From contig CM052848.1 of the NCBI GenBank assembly GCA_028534125.1, forward strand, positions 13,020,001 to 13,084,000: a stretch of DNA of 64,000 nt, written 5' to 3'. The notes beneath the pieces were generated by a model, which searched no databases, was not told where the DNA came from, and saw only the letters and a list, made by a program, of their open reading frames with translations. Shown here in pieces: positions 37,086 to 49,986 of the stretch. Positions within the stretch are counted from its first letter, which is position 1. The number at the start of each line of letters is the position of its first letter. The stretch comes from Lama glama (taxonomy: Eukaryota). The translations under genes were made by a program, and so were the position numbers.

Positions 37086-40000
37086 TGGTGACTAAATTTT
37101 GTACTGAGGTGTCACCGGCAGGTAGTGGTGTACTGGTCAGGGGTGCACAGTGACTCAATACTTGTAAGTACCAGGCAGGGACCCCTGTGTCCAGGCCTCA
37201 CCCACCCCCACCCCCCGTGTCACCATCTCGTCACTGAGGTGAGGACAGGTCTCAGAGGAGCCACGTGTCGCCAGTATGTCTTCCAGTGTGCGCCTCTCCT
37301 ATGTGTCCCTTGGTGCCTCTGCAGCCTTGTCCTGGTCTCGTGACAGCTCTGGGGTCCCCTGTCACATTTGTTTACTTCTTGCTCACAGCTCACTCAGTGG
37401 CAGACCCCTGAGGTTGGGCCGAGGCCTCTGCCCTTTATTCCATCTCCTCACCCGGGGTGGAGTCCGGAGCAGCCTCCTGGTTGACTGAAGGCTCTGTGGC
37501 TGCCGGGCTGGCCAGCTCTGCACCAGGTGGCAGGTCTGGGCCTCTGCTGCTGTTAGAAGCTCTCTCTCCTTGGTTAAGCACAAGGTCTCAAGGTACTGGG
37601 TTCTCAGAACAGTTTGTTCTTTTGGCCCCTGAGCCCCGCGAAAGCCAGGGCCCCCCTCCCTGGTCTCCTCACGCCCAGTATGCAGTAGGTGCTCACTGTC
37701 CTTCCTGGACCAGAGGCTTCTCCCTCCCTCAGAGCCTCCTCCCAGTGCCCTCGTGTCCTGAGCAGCGATGGCCAAGGGCCAGTTCTCCTCACATGCCACG
37801 TGCCCACGCCTCCCAGCCCTACACGGACGCTGGCTCCTCCAGGGTCACTGGTCCCGTGGGTGTGCCTTCCTGCCCCATCTGCCCGGCTGCCCTATGCATC
37901 TCCAGCCTCCCTCCTGGCCCAACTGGGTCCCTGAGAGCTTTCATAGGAGGGTGACGTCGAGTTTACTGCGTGCGCACAGGGCGAGGAGAGCCTGTGCTGT
38001 GCCACGGAAGGGGACGATTTTGTGCCCAGATTAAACCCGAGACACTTTGGGCTCCGCAGGCTTGGGGGTCGTGGGTGATGACCCTGAGTGTACCAGGATG
38101 GAAGGCAGGAGACTCGTCCTGCCCATGGGCCCACAGTGCCCCAGGCAGGAGGGCGTGAGGGTGGGGGCTCGGCCACAGACAGTCCACCCATGCCGGGAGG
38201 CTGACCAGCTCCAGCGCAGCCCCTTGCTGTGACAAATGACCCCATCTGTCCTTTGGTGGTTCAGCCCCCGTGGGGAGAGGGTGTGGCTTAACAGAGGCCA
38301 GGCTGTACCATGCAGCCCACGCCTGATGGCCGGGCATCCTGTCGGCAGGACTAGAACCGCTCCAGAGCCTGGGGAAGGGCAGTCTCAGCTCCAAGCCCCT
38401 GGCCGGGGAAGGAAGGAGGTACCCGGGGGTTGGGGGTGGCGGAGGAATTCTGCTGCCCCCTAGCCTGGCTGTCAGGGCTGATCCGGGTCCCCGACTCCCA
38501 TGTGATGAGACCCTGGTTCCCACCTGGAGTTAAACGTGTCTTCCTGAGGCAGGCTGAGCAAACCCTCCTGACGTTTTGCAGCTACAGCTGAGATAAACGA
38601 GAGTCTGACATGCATGAACACGTGAAGCTGAAAGTGTAGGAGTCTTGGGACTGAGCGGCAGGTAACAGCTCCTGGGGTCCAGTCTAAGGGCTGGATGTGC
38701 CTTTGGAACAAGCCCTGGGTGGCTCTGTCCTCCTACCAGATGGGACTTCCCACAGTAGAGAACAGGGATGGATGGGCAGGGGGATGGATGGACAGATGGA
38801 CAGACAGACAGAGCTGCCCTACCCCTCCTCCCAGCCATGCTTGCAAGCCGGCTTCCCGCTCACCCTTGCTTGCCTCTTGTAGCCTTTTGAGAACCTTGTG
38901 AACAGACCAGACTCATTTTTCCAAATTACAAGGATCTAATGAAACCAGTCTTAGTGCCAGGAAGAGGCGGAGCTGGGCTTCGCGGATGGGGGACAAGCCG
39001 CCAATTCCAGACTATCCGTCAGAGATCTGGGCTTCCGTTTCCCCTGGGGCCACGAGGTGGTGGTTCTCCTTTGGGGCCTGGAGCCGGAATTTCTAGGGTG
39101 CCAGCTGTCTCCCTGGTTCCAGCAATGGAAGTTGGAACTCACTCAGGGCAGAGGGCAGAGACGGTGCCCTCCCGGGAGCCTGAGAGGGGGCATGTCGGGT
39201 GTGTGCGAGCCTTGAGTGCATCTGAGTGTGAGCGGGTACTCTCACTCACACGCACACACACGAGGACCCCTACAGCGGCCTTTCTGGGACCCTAGAGATG
39301 GTCGTGAGGTCACGTGTGAGAGAAGATCTGCGTCACCACACGTGTCACTGCTGGCCTCGCTCCCATAAGGCCACATCCTCACCTGCCAGGTGTGCGGTGT
39401 CCTCTCAGGGGTCTACACGCACGCAGCCTCAGCCCCACTGGGCCCAGCGGGAAAGAGTGGGCCTGGGGTGTGCACTGAAGCCTTTCAGCTCACTTACGTG
39501 AAACGATTTTTCGGATTACCTATTGTCATGGCTGATAAATGCAAAATAACTTTTCAAATCCCTTAATTCACAGAAACTCTGGACGTAATGAATTTTCTAC
39601 TAAGGACTATTACGTGGGGGGGGGCGGTTATAATTTGGGGCACTGAAAGCAGTTAATCTACATTCTCAACATGTGGTGACCAATGTCCCCTGCAAGCCCA
39701 CAGTTTAAAGTTCGAGGAACTTGGCCCGTGTTCCTCTGGTGGATTTGAACATGGTGGGTCAGACGGGGCGCACATCCTGGGGGCCTTGAACGTGGTCCCA
39801 AGCCAGCCCTCCTCCTCTGGCCCCAGGGGCCCAGCCCACCATCTCCCAGGAGGAGGGGGCCGGCAGGGGCCTGGCTCTGGGTCCGCAATTTCCTTCCCCA
39901 GAGGATGGGGCAGAGCTCCTCACACAGACCACCTGCGAAAATGGATTCAGCTCTCCCTCCCCGCCCTGACCACACCGAGGCCTTCCCCTGGGACAGCAGA

Positions 40001-41384
40001 ACTTCCAGCATCAGGGGTGGGGCGGGGAGTGTGTGCGGGGAGGAGATGGGTCCTGGCCCCTTAAACCAGACGCATCAGAAGTGGCCTCTTGCCTGCACAC
40101 AGCAGGGCCACCATCCTGACATAGGCTGAATTTCCACGTGTGTTTGCACCCAGCTCAAAACAGAAGGCTTCCACCGCAGTCACCCCAACGCCTGCCCACA
40201 ACCCTGCTCAGATGGAGGTTCCAACCCACTCACAGACAGGCCACCATGGCTGGAGAAGGCAGGACCCTGGCCCAGGACAGCCTCTGAGCCCTGGCCAGCA
40301 CTGACCCCTCTTGGGTGACTGAGCTCAGGGCTCAGCAGCACTGCGTCCCAGAGACGGAAGCCTTCAGATGGGATCAGGCTGGGGTGCCGGGGGGTCCTTG
40401 AGGGGGATGCTGGCAGCCTCTGTGTGGGGCCTCAGGGCGACCACCTGTGCAGGCAGAGCTCTCCCACAACCCACCGCCCACGCTACCCTGCCAGTGTCTT
40501 CCCGCCCCATCCACCTGCCGGGCTGAGCGGCCCCCACCACTCTGCCAAGCAGAGAGAAGGCTGCCCGCCTGGGGCTGGACTGTCACACCCCTCCCTGTGC
40601 TTGTGGGGCCTGGAGGTCTTCCAGCTGCGCTTGTACCCCCCAGGGCCGGAGGAGGAGAGCGAGCCACCCACTCCCCTGGCTTCTGATCCTGCCTCCAATT
40701 ACTTCCTGGCTCCCCGTCAGCGACTGCCCAGTACCTGGGTCTTCCTTTCCCTGCTTGGTGCCCAGGGCCACGAACACCAGAACATGGCCTTTGCTGTGGC
40801 CTCTCCAGTTAGGAAACGTGCCTGGGAGGGAAATGTCGCAGAGGTGCCCCCATCACAGCTGGCCCTCTGGGAACACCGGCCAGCTGCACCCCATGCACAC
40901 AGACAGAGAACTCCCGGGGGCAGTAGAGGGGGGAACTTGCCCAACAGTGAGGCAAAGAATTGGCTCATGAACAAACAGCCTGAACTTTCCTCCGGCACCT
41001 GAGTACACACGGGGTACATGTACCCCCCACACACAGCAGGCTTCAGACTTCCCTTCTCAGATGAAGGCAGTGCTTTCTTATGACAAATCCCGCCTCGTTA
41101 GTGGCTTGGGTCAGGCAGGCTGGCTGACGGGGTAATGTAAGTAACGGAAGAGTCAGCTCCGTGCCTTTAACAAATGAATTTTCTTCTCACCAAACATTAA
41201 GCTGAGGCTTTGTTTCAAGGGTTCAGTGATAACTGTCAACGGCAATTCTTCTGGTCTTATGCTCATTGCTGCATGGCTACAGAATGGCTGCGCCAGCTCC
41301 AGCCATCATATTCATTCAAGGTGGTTGAGTTGGTTTCTAGCTGTGCCCTACTGGGCTCCTGAGAGAAAAGAAATGTGTTCTTGT

Positions 41385-41560
41385 TCTAAGTGCCAAGCAC
41401 TGTGTTTACAAGGGTCATCTCATTCAGTCCTATGGAAGTTCCATAAGGTAGAATTAATGTTGCCCCCACTCTAGACACAAGAAACTGAAGCTTAGAGACA
41501 CTAGGAGCTGGTAAGTGGCAGAGTGTGGACTGAGCCCAGTCCTCTCAATGCAGCCTTTAT
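41385..41560 (-). mobile_element. MIR SINE remnant
   Basis: GTGCCAAGCACTGTG...CTCATTCAGTCCT...AGAAACTGAAGCTTAGAGA...GGTAAGTGGCAGAG. Confidence 0.7.
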
Positions 41561-43489
41561 CTTCAACGCTAGGTAGGAGGTTAACTGTGCTTTAATGGAA
41601 ACACGGAGCAAGTGTTACAGGAAAAGTGGAAGCCCTTTCTGGCTGGAGGAAGGAGTGGTGAGCTGGGAGTGAGGGTCGAGCATGATAGGCCCCGGGGAGG
41701 AGGGGCCGTGTCCCATCCCCACCTGGCTTCCTCCTCCTCCTGCAGAGGACAGTGACTTGACAGCCCTCACATCTCCAGCCATAAGGAATCCTTCCCCCTG
41801 GGGCCTCTCACCGCTGGGGGAGATGAGACCATCCACTCGGCATCGCGGCTGAGTCCGTCCTGGCTCAGCCTGGACACTGGAGCCCCTGACACAGCAGGAG
41901 GCTCACGGGCCAGAGCGCTGAGCCTAGAGAGAGACACGCTGGCTCAGTTTTCCAAACGCGGAAAGACAGAAATTATAGGAGCTGTGACCTCTCGAGTGAG
42001 TCAGTTTTCATCAAAATTCTGCAGCAGAGTTTTAAAATAAACCAATTTTCTTTTCTAAGCACAGCCTTCTGGGGTGTTAGATGTCTGTGGGGTTGATTTG
42101 ATGGATGAATGTCCCCACAGAACCAGGGTTGCTCGCACGGGGGCTCTGTCTTGACCCAGTTCTGTTTAAACACTTGTAAGTCAATAATTTTAGGGAAGAC
42201 ATAGACAAGATGCCTTAGAAACTACAGAGCACACAAATCTGGTATGGTTTGCTTTCGAGCTGAATATGAAGTAAAATTTCAAAAGATCTAGAAGACAGGC
42301 GCCTTGAGGCTTAAATATATAAAGTGGAATCTGACAGGATTCATGGAACGTCTGCACCTTAAACTATAAGATGGAGCTGAGCTGTGCACAGGCCCACGAG
42401 TCCTGCCCATCATGCGGCTGTGTTCAGGGGCAGAGCCTACCGCGAACCACGGGAGCACAGGCTTCCCCAAAGTCCCGCACGGTCAGGGGGCATCCGGTTG
42501 AATGCGTTCTCCGTCCCAAGAGCTCTGGGACATCCCGTTTCCTGGCTCCTGGGCTGACCGGGCCCTTCACAAGCTCCCTCTAAGTCACCGTTTCTCGATT
42601 TAACATTCACTCGCTTGCTGCAGACCTTTGATCATTTTCCACAGCTGCAACAATATTGATCCTGAGTTTTTGCTCATTTTTTCATGTTTCTGGAGCAGGG
42701 TATGAGCCCTGGTTCCTCCCCAGCCAGCCCACATCGGCTATGTCACGACAGCCTGCATGTCAGGGACTGGCTGGGCGTGAGTGAGCTGGTGGACGGCCGG
42801 GCCCTGGGGGTACTTGGCCTGGAAAGAGGAAGTCAACCGGAGATGTGTGAGCTGTCCAAATATCGTGTTGGCCCGACCTCGCATAGTCCAGACAGAAACA
42901 CAAGGAGCCCCGGGAGATTGTAGAGACCAGGATCCTGTGCAGAGGGAGGTGCCCCAGAACCAAGCCGGGAGGGTCTGAGCGGCTGCCCAGGGTTCCCACA
43001 CGCAGGGCTGGGGTGAGAGCGAGGAGCTCCATCCAGAGACACAGCCTCTCTGGTCCTCCATCCCAGCTTCCATCACCAGCTGTTGTAGACCGGTCAGTCC
43101 ACCCCTCTCCTCCCCCAGCTCCCACGTGGTGGCCAGAGCTGTGCTCCAGCGCTCCCGCTGCCTCCCGGCTCCGGCATGAGGGGGCTGGCTCTCTAACTCA
43201 AATCTGATCGTGTCTTTTTCCTGCTGATCAAACACATCGGTTCCTCCTGCCCATGGATGTGTTCCAGTTCTTCAGGGGAGGCCCCAGCCACCTTTTCAGA
43301 CCCGGGTCCTATGTGTCCCACCCCTGCCCTACTGCCCCCATCATGCTGTGGTGGGGTCCTGGGATAGGGGGAGCTGTGGCTGGGACTCCCAGATGCACCA
43401 GGAGGTGACTTTGGAGCTGAGTCTTAAAGGAAGGAGGGTCTGCAGGTGAGAAGGGGGATCCCTGATCTTCCCTCTGGAACCCAATGTCA

Positions 43490-43605
43490 ACCACGGGATG
43501 CTGGCCACATCTGGAGATGCTCTGGGTAGTGGTAACTGGGGGTGGGGGATACCAGCACCTGGCAGGGGAGGTAGGGTGCACAGGAGGGTGCCCTGGGCAT
43601 TACCT
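43490..43605. mobile_element. MER20-like hAT-Charlie remnant
   Basis: TGGCCACATCTGGAGATGCTCTGGGTAGTGGTAACTGGGGGTGGGGGATACCAGCACCTGG resembles MER20. Confidence 0.55.
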
Positions 43606-43869
43606 GCAGAGACAGGTGCTCACGCGGAGAACAGAGGCCCCTCAAGGGCAGAGTAACTTTCCCATGTGGTCACTGTCGCTTCTCCAGTGCCCAGAACAGG
43701 ATTCAACATGAGATCTCCGTGAATGCTGAACCAGCAGGCTCGGGCACATACTCAGCACTCGGTAAATAATCGGTGCCATTATTATGATTTCTTGTGGGCT
43801 TGTGTGGCTTCCGTGCCTAAGGCCTCCGCCTGTCTCCTGGGCAGGGTGTGGAGAGGGCAGGTGCTGGTC

Positions 43870-44085
43870 TTGGAGCCCAGGGGCCCCATTTGGGCCCAGC
43901 TCGGCCGCAGTTGCTGTGTGTCTCCAGGCAAGTCCCTTCACCTCTCTGAGATTCCACCTCCTCATTCATCGGGTGGAATAAAATTTGTTTTTCTTTTTAT
44001 CTGTCAAACTGATGGGCTGAGCAGATATGACCATGTGTCAAAGTGCCTGTTAGCACCGAGCACCTTTCCATTATTGTCATTACGT
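43870..44085 (+). mobile_element. MIR SINE remnant (preceded by L2/MIR tail fragments at ~43680-43790)
   Basis: GCTGTGTGTCTCCAGGCAAGTCCCTTCACCTCTCTGAGATTCCACCTCCTCATTC is MIR core. Confidence 0.65.
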
Positions 44086-45014
44086 GCTGCCTCCCGCAGA
44101 CGGAAACGCTGACATTGCCACGGCCGGCACCGCACAGTGGAGGGTCCGCTATCAGTATCTTCCTGCTCATGAGGCCCTCCCTCCTTGGACAGGAGTCTTG
44201 AGAGAGTAAAGGGGTAGATGGCCTTTAAACCATATCACACAGGTCATGAATCGCTCACTGACAGCTTCTCATTTAAAATTCAGACAATATGCTCAAAATA
44301 GCACTAGTAAATTTCCTGTCTTGAGTCATTTTTCTCAGGCATACAGCAAGGGAAAACAACGAAAGACCAATAAAACAAAGACTGCAAACTGTAAGGTGGG
44401 GATTGTTTGTCCAGGGCCTGGACCTCCAGCTGTCACCACAACCACCTTGGGCGCAAGGAACCCAGATGTTTGATTTGGACACACGTCTCGCAGAGGGAGG
44501 GCATCTTCTTGGGAACAAAGCATCAGAGGCGGCGGCGGAGGTGCCCACACGCAGTGATCTGTAAACCCATGCTGGGAGGGCAGCTCCCAGCTCACCCCAC
44601 CCCGGAGCACAGCGCCGCTGTCCGTGGAAGACCTGCAGCATCAAAGCGGAGAGGCCCGCCCCCCCCCCGGGCAACTCACTCGTGCTGAACCAGGGTCGCA
44701 GCCCCACCCTCTGCTCAGCAGGGATTAAGCCTGAAAGAGTCTTGGAAATGCGATGAGCATAAATACCATCTGCCTGGCAACACCGCTCACATCTTTTCTT
44801 CTCCTTCTGGGAGTCACGTTCTCTCCTTGAATCTCAGTTCATTACTCATCCAACAATTATTTATTGGATTCTTGCTGCTGCTGGGCAGTGTTCTAAGTCT
44901 TGAGAATCTCCTGGAAAATGAGCGACAACTGCCTGTCCTCACAAAGCTTATAACATAGAGACAAGGAATGGACAGACCAGATAATCAGCAGTGTAATTCA
45001 GGAATGCCATGGTG

Positions 45015-46506
45015 CTAACACTGTGAAATGTCGACACTCTCCAAGGCAATCAACACATTCAATGCCGTCCCGATCAAGATTCCAATGGCGTATTTCACAG
45101 AAATAGAACAAACAATCCTAAAATGTGTATAGAACCACAAAAGAACTCAAATAGCCAAAGCAAAGAAAGAACAAAGCTGGAGGCATCATGTGCCCTGATT
45201 ACAAACCATCAGAGCAGCTTGGTTCTGGCCCAAAACAGACACAGCAATGGAACAGAATCAAGAGCTCAGAAATAACCACACAGAAAAATTAACTCAAAAA
45301 GGACTGAAGACTTGAATGTAAGATGTGAAACCACAAAGCTCCAAGGAAAAATAGGCAGCAAGCTCTTTGACATCACTCTTGGTGATGATTTTTTGGACTT
45401 GACATCAAAAGAACAAGCAACAAAAAAAAAATAAATGAGTGGGATGACATCAAACTAAAAACTTCTGCACAGCAAAGGAAACCACCAACAAAATGAAAAG
45501 GCAACTTACCTAATTGGAGAAAAAATGCATATAAATGGGCAGAGGATCTGAATAGGCATTTTTCCAAAGAAGGCATCCAGCTGGCCAACAGGCACATGAA
45601 AAGACGTTCCACATCACAGGGCCTGATCTCAGGGAAATGCAAATCACAGCCCCAGTGAGGCACCACCTCACGCTTGTCAGAAGGGCTGTCATCAAACAGA
45701 CAAGAAATAACAAGTGCTGGTGAGGACGTGGAGAGAAGGGAGCCCCAGTGCCCTGCTGGTGGGAATGTAGACTGGTGCAGCCACTGTGGGAAACAGAATG
45801 GAGGTTCCTCGACAATTAAAAATAGAGCTACCACAGGATCCAGCAATCCCACTTCTGGGTATTTATCTGAAGAAAATGAGAACACTNNNNNNNNNNNNNN
45901 NNNNNNNNNNNNNNNNNNNNNNNNNNNNNNNNNNNNNNNNNNNNNNNNNNNNNNNNNNNNNNNNNNNNNNNNNNNNNNNNNNNNNNNNNNNNNNNNNNNN
46001 NNNNNNNNNNNNNNNNNNNNNNNNNNNNNNNNNNNNNNNNNNNNNNNNNNNNNNNNNNNNNNNNNNNNNNNNNNNNNNNNNNNNNACGCTAAGTGAAATT
46101 AAGTCAGACAAAGAAAAATACTATATAATCTCACTTATATGTGGCATCGTTAAAAGTCTAAAAAAATGAGCTCATAGATACAGAGAACAGATTGGTGGTT
46201 GCCAGAGGCAGGGAGTAAGGGGTGGGAGAAATGGGTGAAGATGGTCAAAATGTACAAACTTAAAGTTATAACATATAAGTCACAGGGATGTGAGGCACAG
46301 CGTGGTGATCATAGTTAATAATGCTGTATTACATATTTAAATGCTGCTGAGAGTAGATCTTAAAAGTTCTCATCACAAGAACCAAACTTGTAACTCTGTG
46401 TGGTCACAGATGTTGACTAGACTTACTGTGATCATTTCAAATGTATACAAATATCACTATTTTGTACACCTGAAACTAATGTAATACGTCAGTTACATCT
46501 CAAAAA
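45015..46506 (+). mobile_element. 5'-truncated L1 (L1MA-type): ORF2 C-terminus plus 3'UTR, with internal deletions and an assembly gap at 45887-46085
   Basis: Translates to L1 ORF2-like peptide (MEVPRQLKIELPQDPAIPLLGIY). The 3'UTR reads GATACAGAGAACAGATTGGTGGTTGCCAGAGG...GTACACCTGAAACTAAT...ATCTCAAAAA. Confidence 0.92.
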
Positions 46507-47119
46507 CCGAGAGAAGCTGAAGCCTGTTAATGCACCAAGAAGAGGCAGTCGAGCAGGAGAGATGGACGGGGCCGCCCTGAGGACGCCTGGCTCTTCCGAG
46601 TGCATCACGTGTCTCCTTACGCAGTGCTGGACCCCGGCAGGTGCCTGTGTGTGTTTGTGTGTGTTACAGGGTGTCGTTTTCTGGAAAGAGCGACCAGCCT
46701 TTCAAGGACTACCTTGGAGCACGCTCCATTCTTTCTTTCCCTTAGTACCTATGAAGGGAACATCAAAAAAGCCTTTACAAAGGGTGATGTATTTTTCATG
46801 TTAACCCCGAGAAACCTCCAACCTTAAGAAGCCCATAAAGTTATGTGTGCATGGAATCTTGTTCCTACATCCAGGAAAATCATTAAAACAGTAGGAGGGT
46901 TATATTAATCAGGACTCTCAGTTGTGAGCAACAGAAGCTCACTCTGGTTGATTTAAAGAGAAATCTACAAGGATATCAAGTTGTTCACAAAATCTCCAGG
47001 AGGGCTGGAGAATCATCCTGGATGCTGCCCTGCCACAGACGATACTCAAAGCCTGTGAACCCTGCAGCTGATGCCATCCGACATGGCTACTGAAATGCGG
47101 GCAGTCCTACCAGAGATGA

Positions 47120-47320
47120 CTAGTGAGTCCAAAACACACACTGGATTTCCAAGCTGAACATGAAAAAGAATGTAAAATATCTACTAGTACTCAAAAATAT
47201 TGATTGCAGGTTGCAATGATAATACTTGGATATACCGTATTAAATAAAATGTTAGAAATTAATTTCGCCTGCTTTTTAGTTTTTTGGATGTAATTACTAG
47301 AGAAATTTAAGTTACATCAT
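47120..47320. mobile_element. MER33-like hAT-Charlie remnant next to an old MaLR/LTR33-like fragment (~46900-47100)
   Basis: AAAACACACACTGGATTTC...AAAAAGAATGTAAAATATCT...AATTAATTTCGCCTG...TACTAGAGAAATTTAAGTTACAT matches recalled MER33. Confidence 0.7.
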
Positions 47321-48199
47321 TCTCTCTGTTTTCTACTGATGGAAGCAAGGCCACTTCCCATATTCGGGGGAGGACAGGGTTGTCCCAGAAGAAGATGTCA
47401 GAGGCCGTGTTTAGAGCATCTGAGTGCCTCCTGCAGCAGCACCTGCCCCAACTGCTTCACAGCGACTATGGGCAAACTCAGCACTGGCACCAACACCGGG
47501 TAGGGAGGGACCACTGGGTCAAGGCTCTATCGCATCTAGAGGCTTTGTTACAACATCTCAAAGGGCCTGGGAGCTGCCCACCTGCTCTGGTCCTGGGAAC
47601 CAGCCTCAGACCAGCTCTATCACCACACCTTCCGCTATTTTCAGGGTCTGGCGGCTGCCTTGACCCCCTCGCTCTGGCAGATGAGTTCCCCAGCTTTGCA
47701 CCTGTAATTGCAACCTCCCGTCCCACCCTGACCCCGGGGCCTGCCCCCTGCAGAGAGGACCCCCTCAGTTCCCGGTGTGGTGTCCATACAGCGTCCTGGG
47801 GGTTTATGACTGAGGACACGAGCAGTTCTCATGGATAAATCGCTCCAGCTTTTCAGTCCTTCCCATCTTCCTTCCTCACGTGCTCACGTGAGCTTCTGGC
47901 ACCTCCTCTTCACTGGGGACGCCCCACCATCTCCAGGTTCAGTCAGCAAGTGAAACAAAGTGCTAAAAGTGCCTCACCCAGAGGCCCCTAGTCGAAGATA
48001 AAATTCTCCTACCCTTGTCGGGGCATCCCAGGACCCACTCCATGTGCCCCCAGGAGGCAGGAGCGGTTTCTAAGGCTCCGGCTGTTAGGGACCCTTCCAG
48101 ACTGCAGAGCTCTCCTCAGGAGCAGCGCTGAGCCAAGCTAATGACTCCAAGCCTCAGTCAGCTGCCAGGCTTTGTGGTGAAATTTACTTCTTAAAGATT

Positions 48200-48272
48200 T
48201 TTATTTTTATTTTTAAATTGTGGTAAAATAAACACAATTTAAAATTTACCATTTTAACCATTTTTAACAGTG
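48200..48272 (-). mobile_element. L1MB-like 3' terminus (antisense), cut off by the younger L1
   Basis: TTTTTTAAATTGTGGTAAAATAAACACAATTTAAAATTTACCATTTTAACCATTTTTAA is an antisense L1MB poly(A) end. Confidence 0.7.
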
Positions 48273-49393
48273 CATATGGATGCAAAACATCTGTATTCTG
48301 AAAACTATAAAACTCTGATGAAAGAAACTGTAGACGACATAAACAGATGGAAAGATATACCGTGTTCTTGGATTGGAAGAATCCATATTGTTAAAATGGC
48401 CACACTACCCAAGGCAGTCTACAGACTCGGTGCAATCCCTATCAAATTGTGGCATTTTTGACAATGGCATTTTTCACAGAACTGGAACAAAAAAAAGTGT
48501 TAAAAATTTGTATGGAAACACAAAAGACCCCAAATAGCCAAAAAATTTTTTAAAAAGAAGAACGGAGCTGAAGGAATCATGCTCCNNNNNNNNNNNNNNN
48601 NNNNNNNNNNNNNNNNNNNNNNNNNNNNNNNNNNNNNNNNNNNNNNNNNNNNNNNNNNNNNNNNNNNNNNNNNNNNNNNNNNNNNNNNNNNNNNNNNNNN
48701 NNNNNNNNNNNNNNNNNNTGACAAAGGAGGCAAGAATATACAATGAAGAAAAGACAGTCTCTTCAATAAGTGGTGCTGGGAAAACTGGACAGCTACCGTA
48801 GAAGACTGAAATTAGAACATTCTCTAACACCATGTACAAAAATAGACTCAAAATGGATTACAGACCTAAATGTAAAACCAGACATTATAAAACTCCTAGA
48901 GGAAAACACAGGCATAACACTCCGACACAAATCACAGCAATATTTTTTTGGATCCATCTCCCAGAGTAACGAACATAAAAGCAAAACTAAGCTAATAGGA
49001 TCTAATTAAACTTAGAAGCTTTTGCACAGCAAAGGAAACCATCCACAAAATGAAAAGACAACCTGGAGAGAGAGAAAATATTTGCAAAAGATGAGACTGA
49101 CAACGGATTAATTTCCAAAATATACAAGCAGCTCATACAGCTTAATACCAGAAAACTCAATCAAAAAAANNNNNNNNNNNNNNNNNNNNNNNNNNNNNNN
49201 NNNNNNNNNNNNNNNNNNNNNNNNNNNNNNNNNNNNNNNNNNNNNNNNNNNNNNNNNNNNNNNNNNNNNNNNNNNNNNNNNNNNNNNNNNNNNNNNNNNN
49301 NNNNNNNNNNNNNNNNNNNNNNNNNNNNNNAACAAATGCTGGAGAGGGCGTGGAGAACAGGGAACCCTCCCGCACCGCTGGTGTAAATGTAAA
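48273..49393 (+). mobile_element. Younger L1 ORF2 fragment with assembly gaps (48586-48718, 49170-49330)
   Basis: Translates to [45 protein letters not shown] and [36 protein letters not shown], canonical L1 ORF2p. Confidence 0.95.
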
Positions 49394-49591
49394 NNNNNNN
49401 NNNNNNNNNNNNNNNNNNNNNNNNNNNNNNNNNNNNNNNNNNNNNNNNNNNNNNNNNNNNNNNNNNNNNNNNNNNNNNNNNNNNNNNNNNNNNNNNNNNN
49501 NNNNNNNNNNNNNNNNNNNNNNNNNNNNNNNNNNNNNNNNNNNNNNNNNNNNNNNNNNNNNNNNNNNNNNNNNNNNNNNNNNNNNNNNNNN

Positions 49592-49853
49592 CCTGCGCGG
49601 TGCTGTGTGGTGGGACACGTGACGGCGCGCGCAGGCGCACTGGTGCGCTCCCGTCAGCTCGAGAGACTGCAGCTGTTTGCCTTGATGCTAAAGCTGCAGG
49701 GACTTGCCGTCGCCGCTGTTGGGACCGGTGTGCTCCTCCTCCGCAATAAAGGCGCGTCGGAGAGCCCTGCGGCTCCGTGGGTCTTCCGTCTGCCAAATCC
49801 CCAGAGTGCCTGCAGTACACCAGGGACAGGAGACCGCGGGGACCCACGCGTCA
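49592..49853 (+). mobile_element. Probable 3' half (R/U5) of a young CpG-rich ERV LTR; 5' part lost in gap 49394-49591
   Basis: CpG-dense patch emerging from an N gap, AATAAA at 49745-49750 followed by a U5-like tail ending ...CGCGTCA. No primer-binding site follows. Confidence 0.5.
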
Positions 49854-49986
49854 TCCATAGGGACGGTGTGATACAAGGGCTCTGCCGATACTCTGTTTAC
49901 TTTCTTCACCCAGGAGTGAGGTCTCCAAATGATAGGGACAGAAGGGGCCCAGGGAGAAGAGACGCAGCCTGGGTTGGGGACCCCTC

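Noticed and set aside
47380-47838. 152-aa Leu/His/Gln-rich ORF
   Set aside because: Lies among TE remnants, with no recognisable homology or exon signals.
45674-49847. ORFs containing long X runs
   Set aside because: Artefacts of N gaps within decayed L1 copies.
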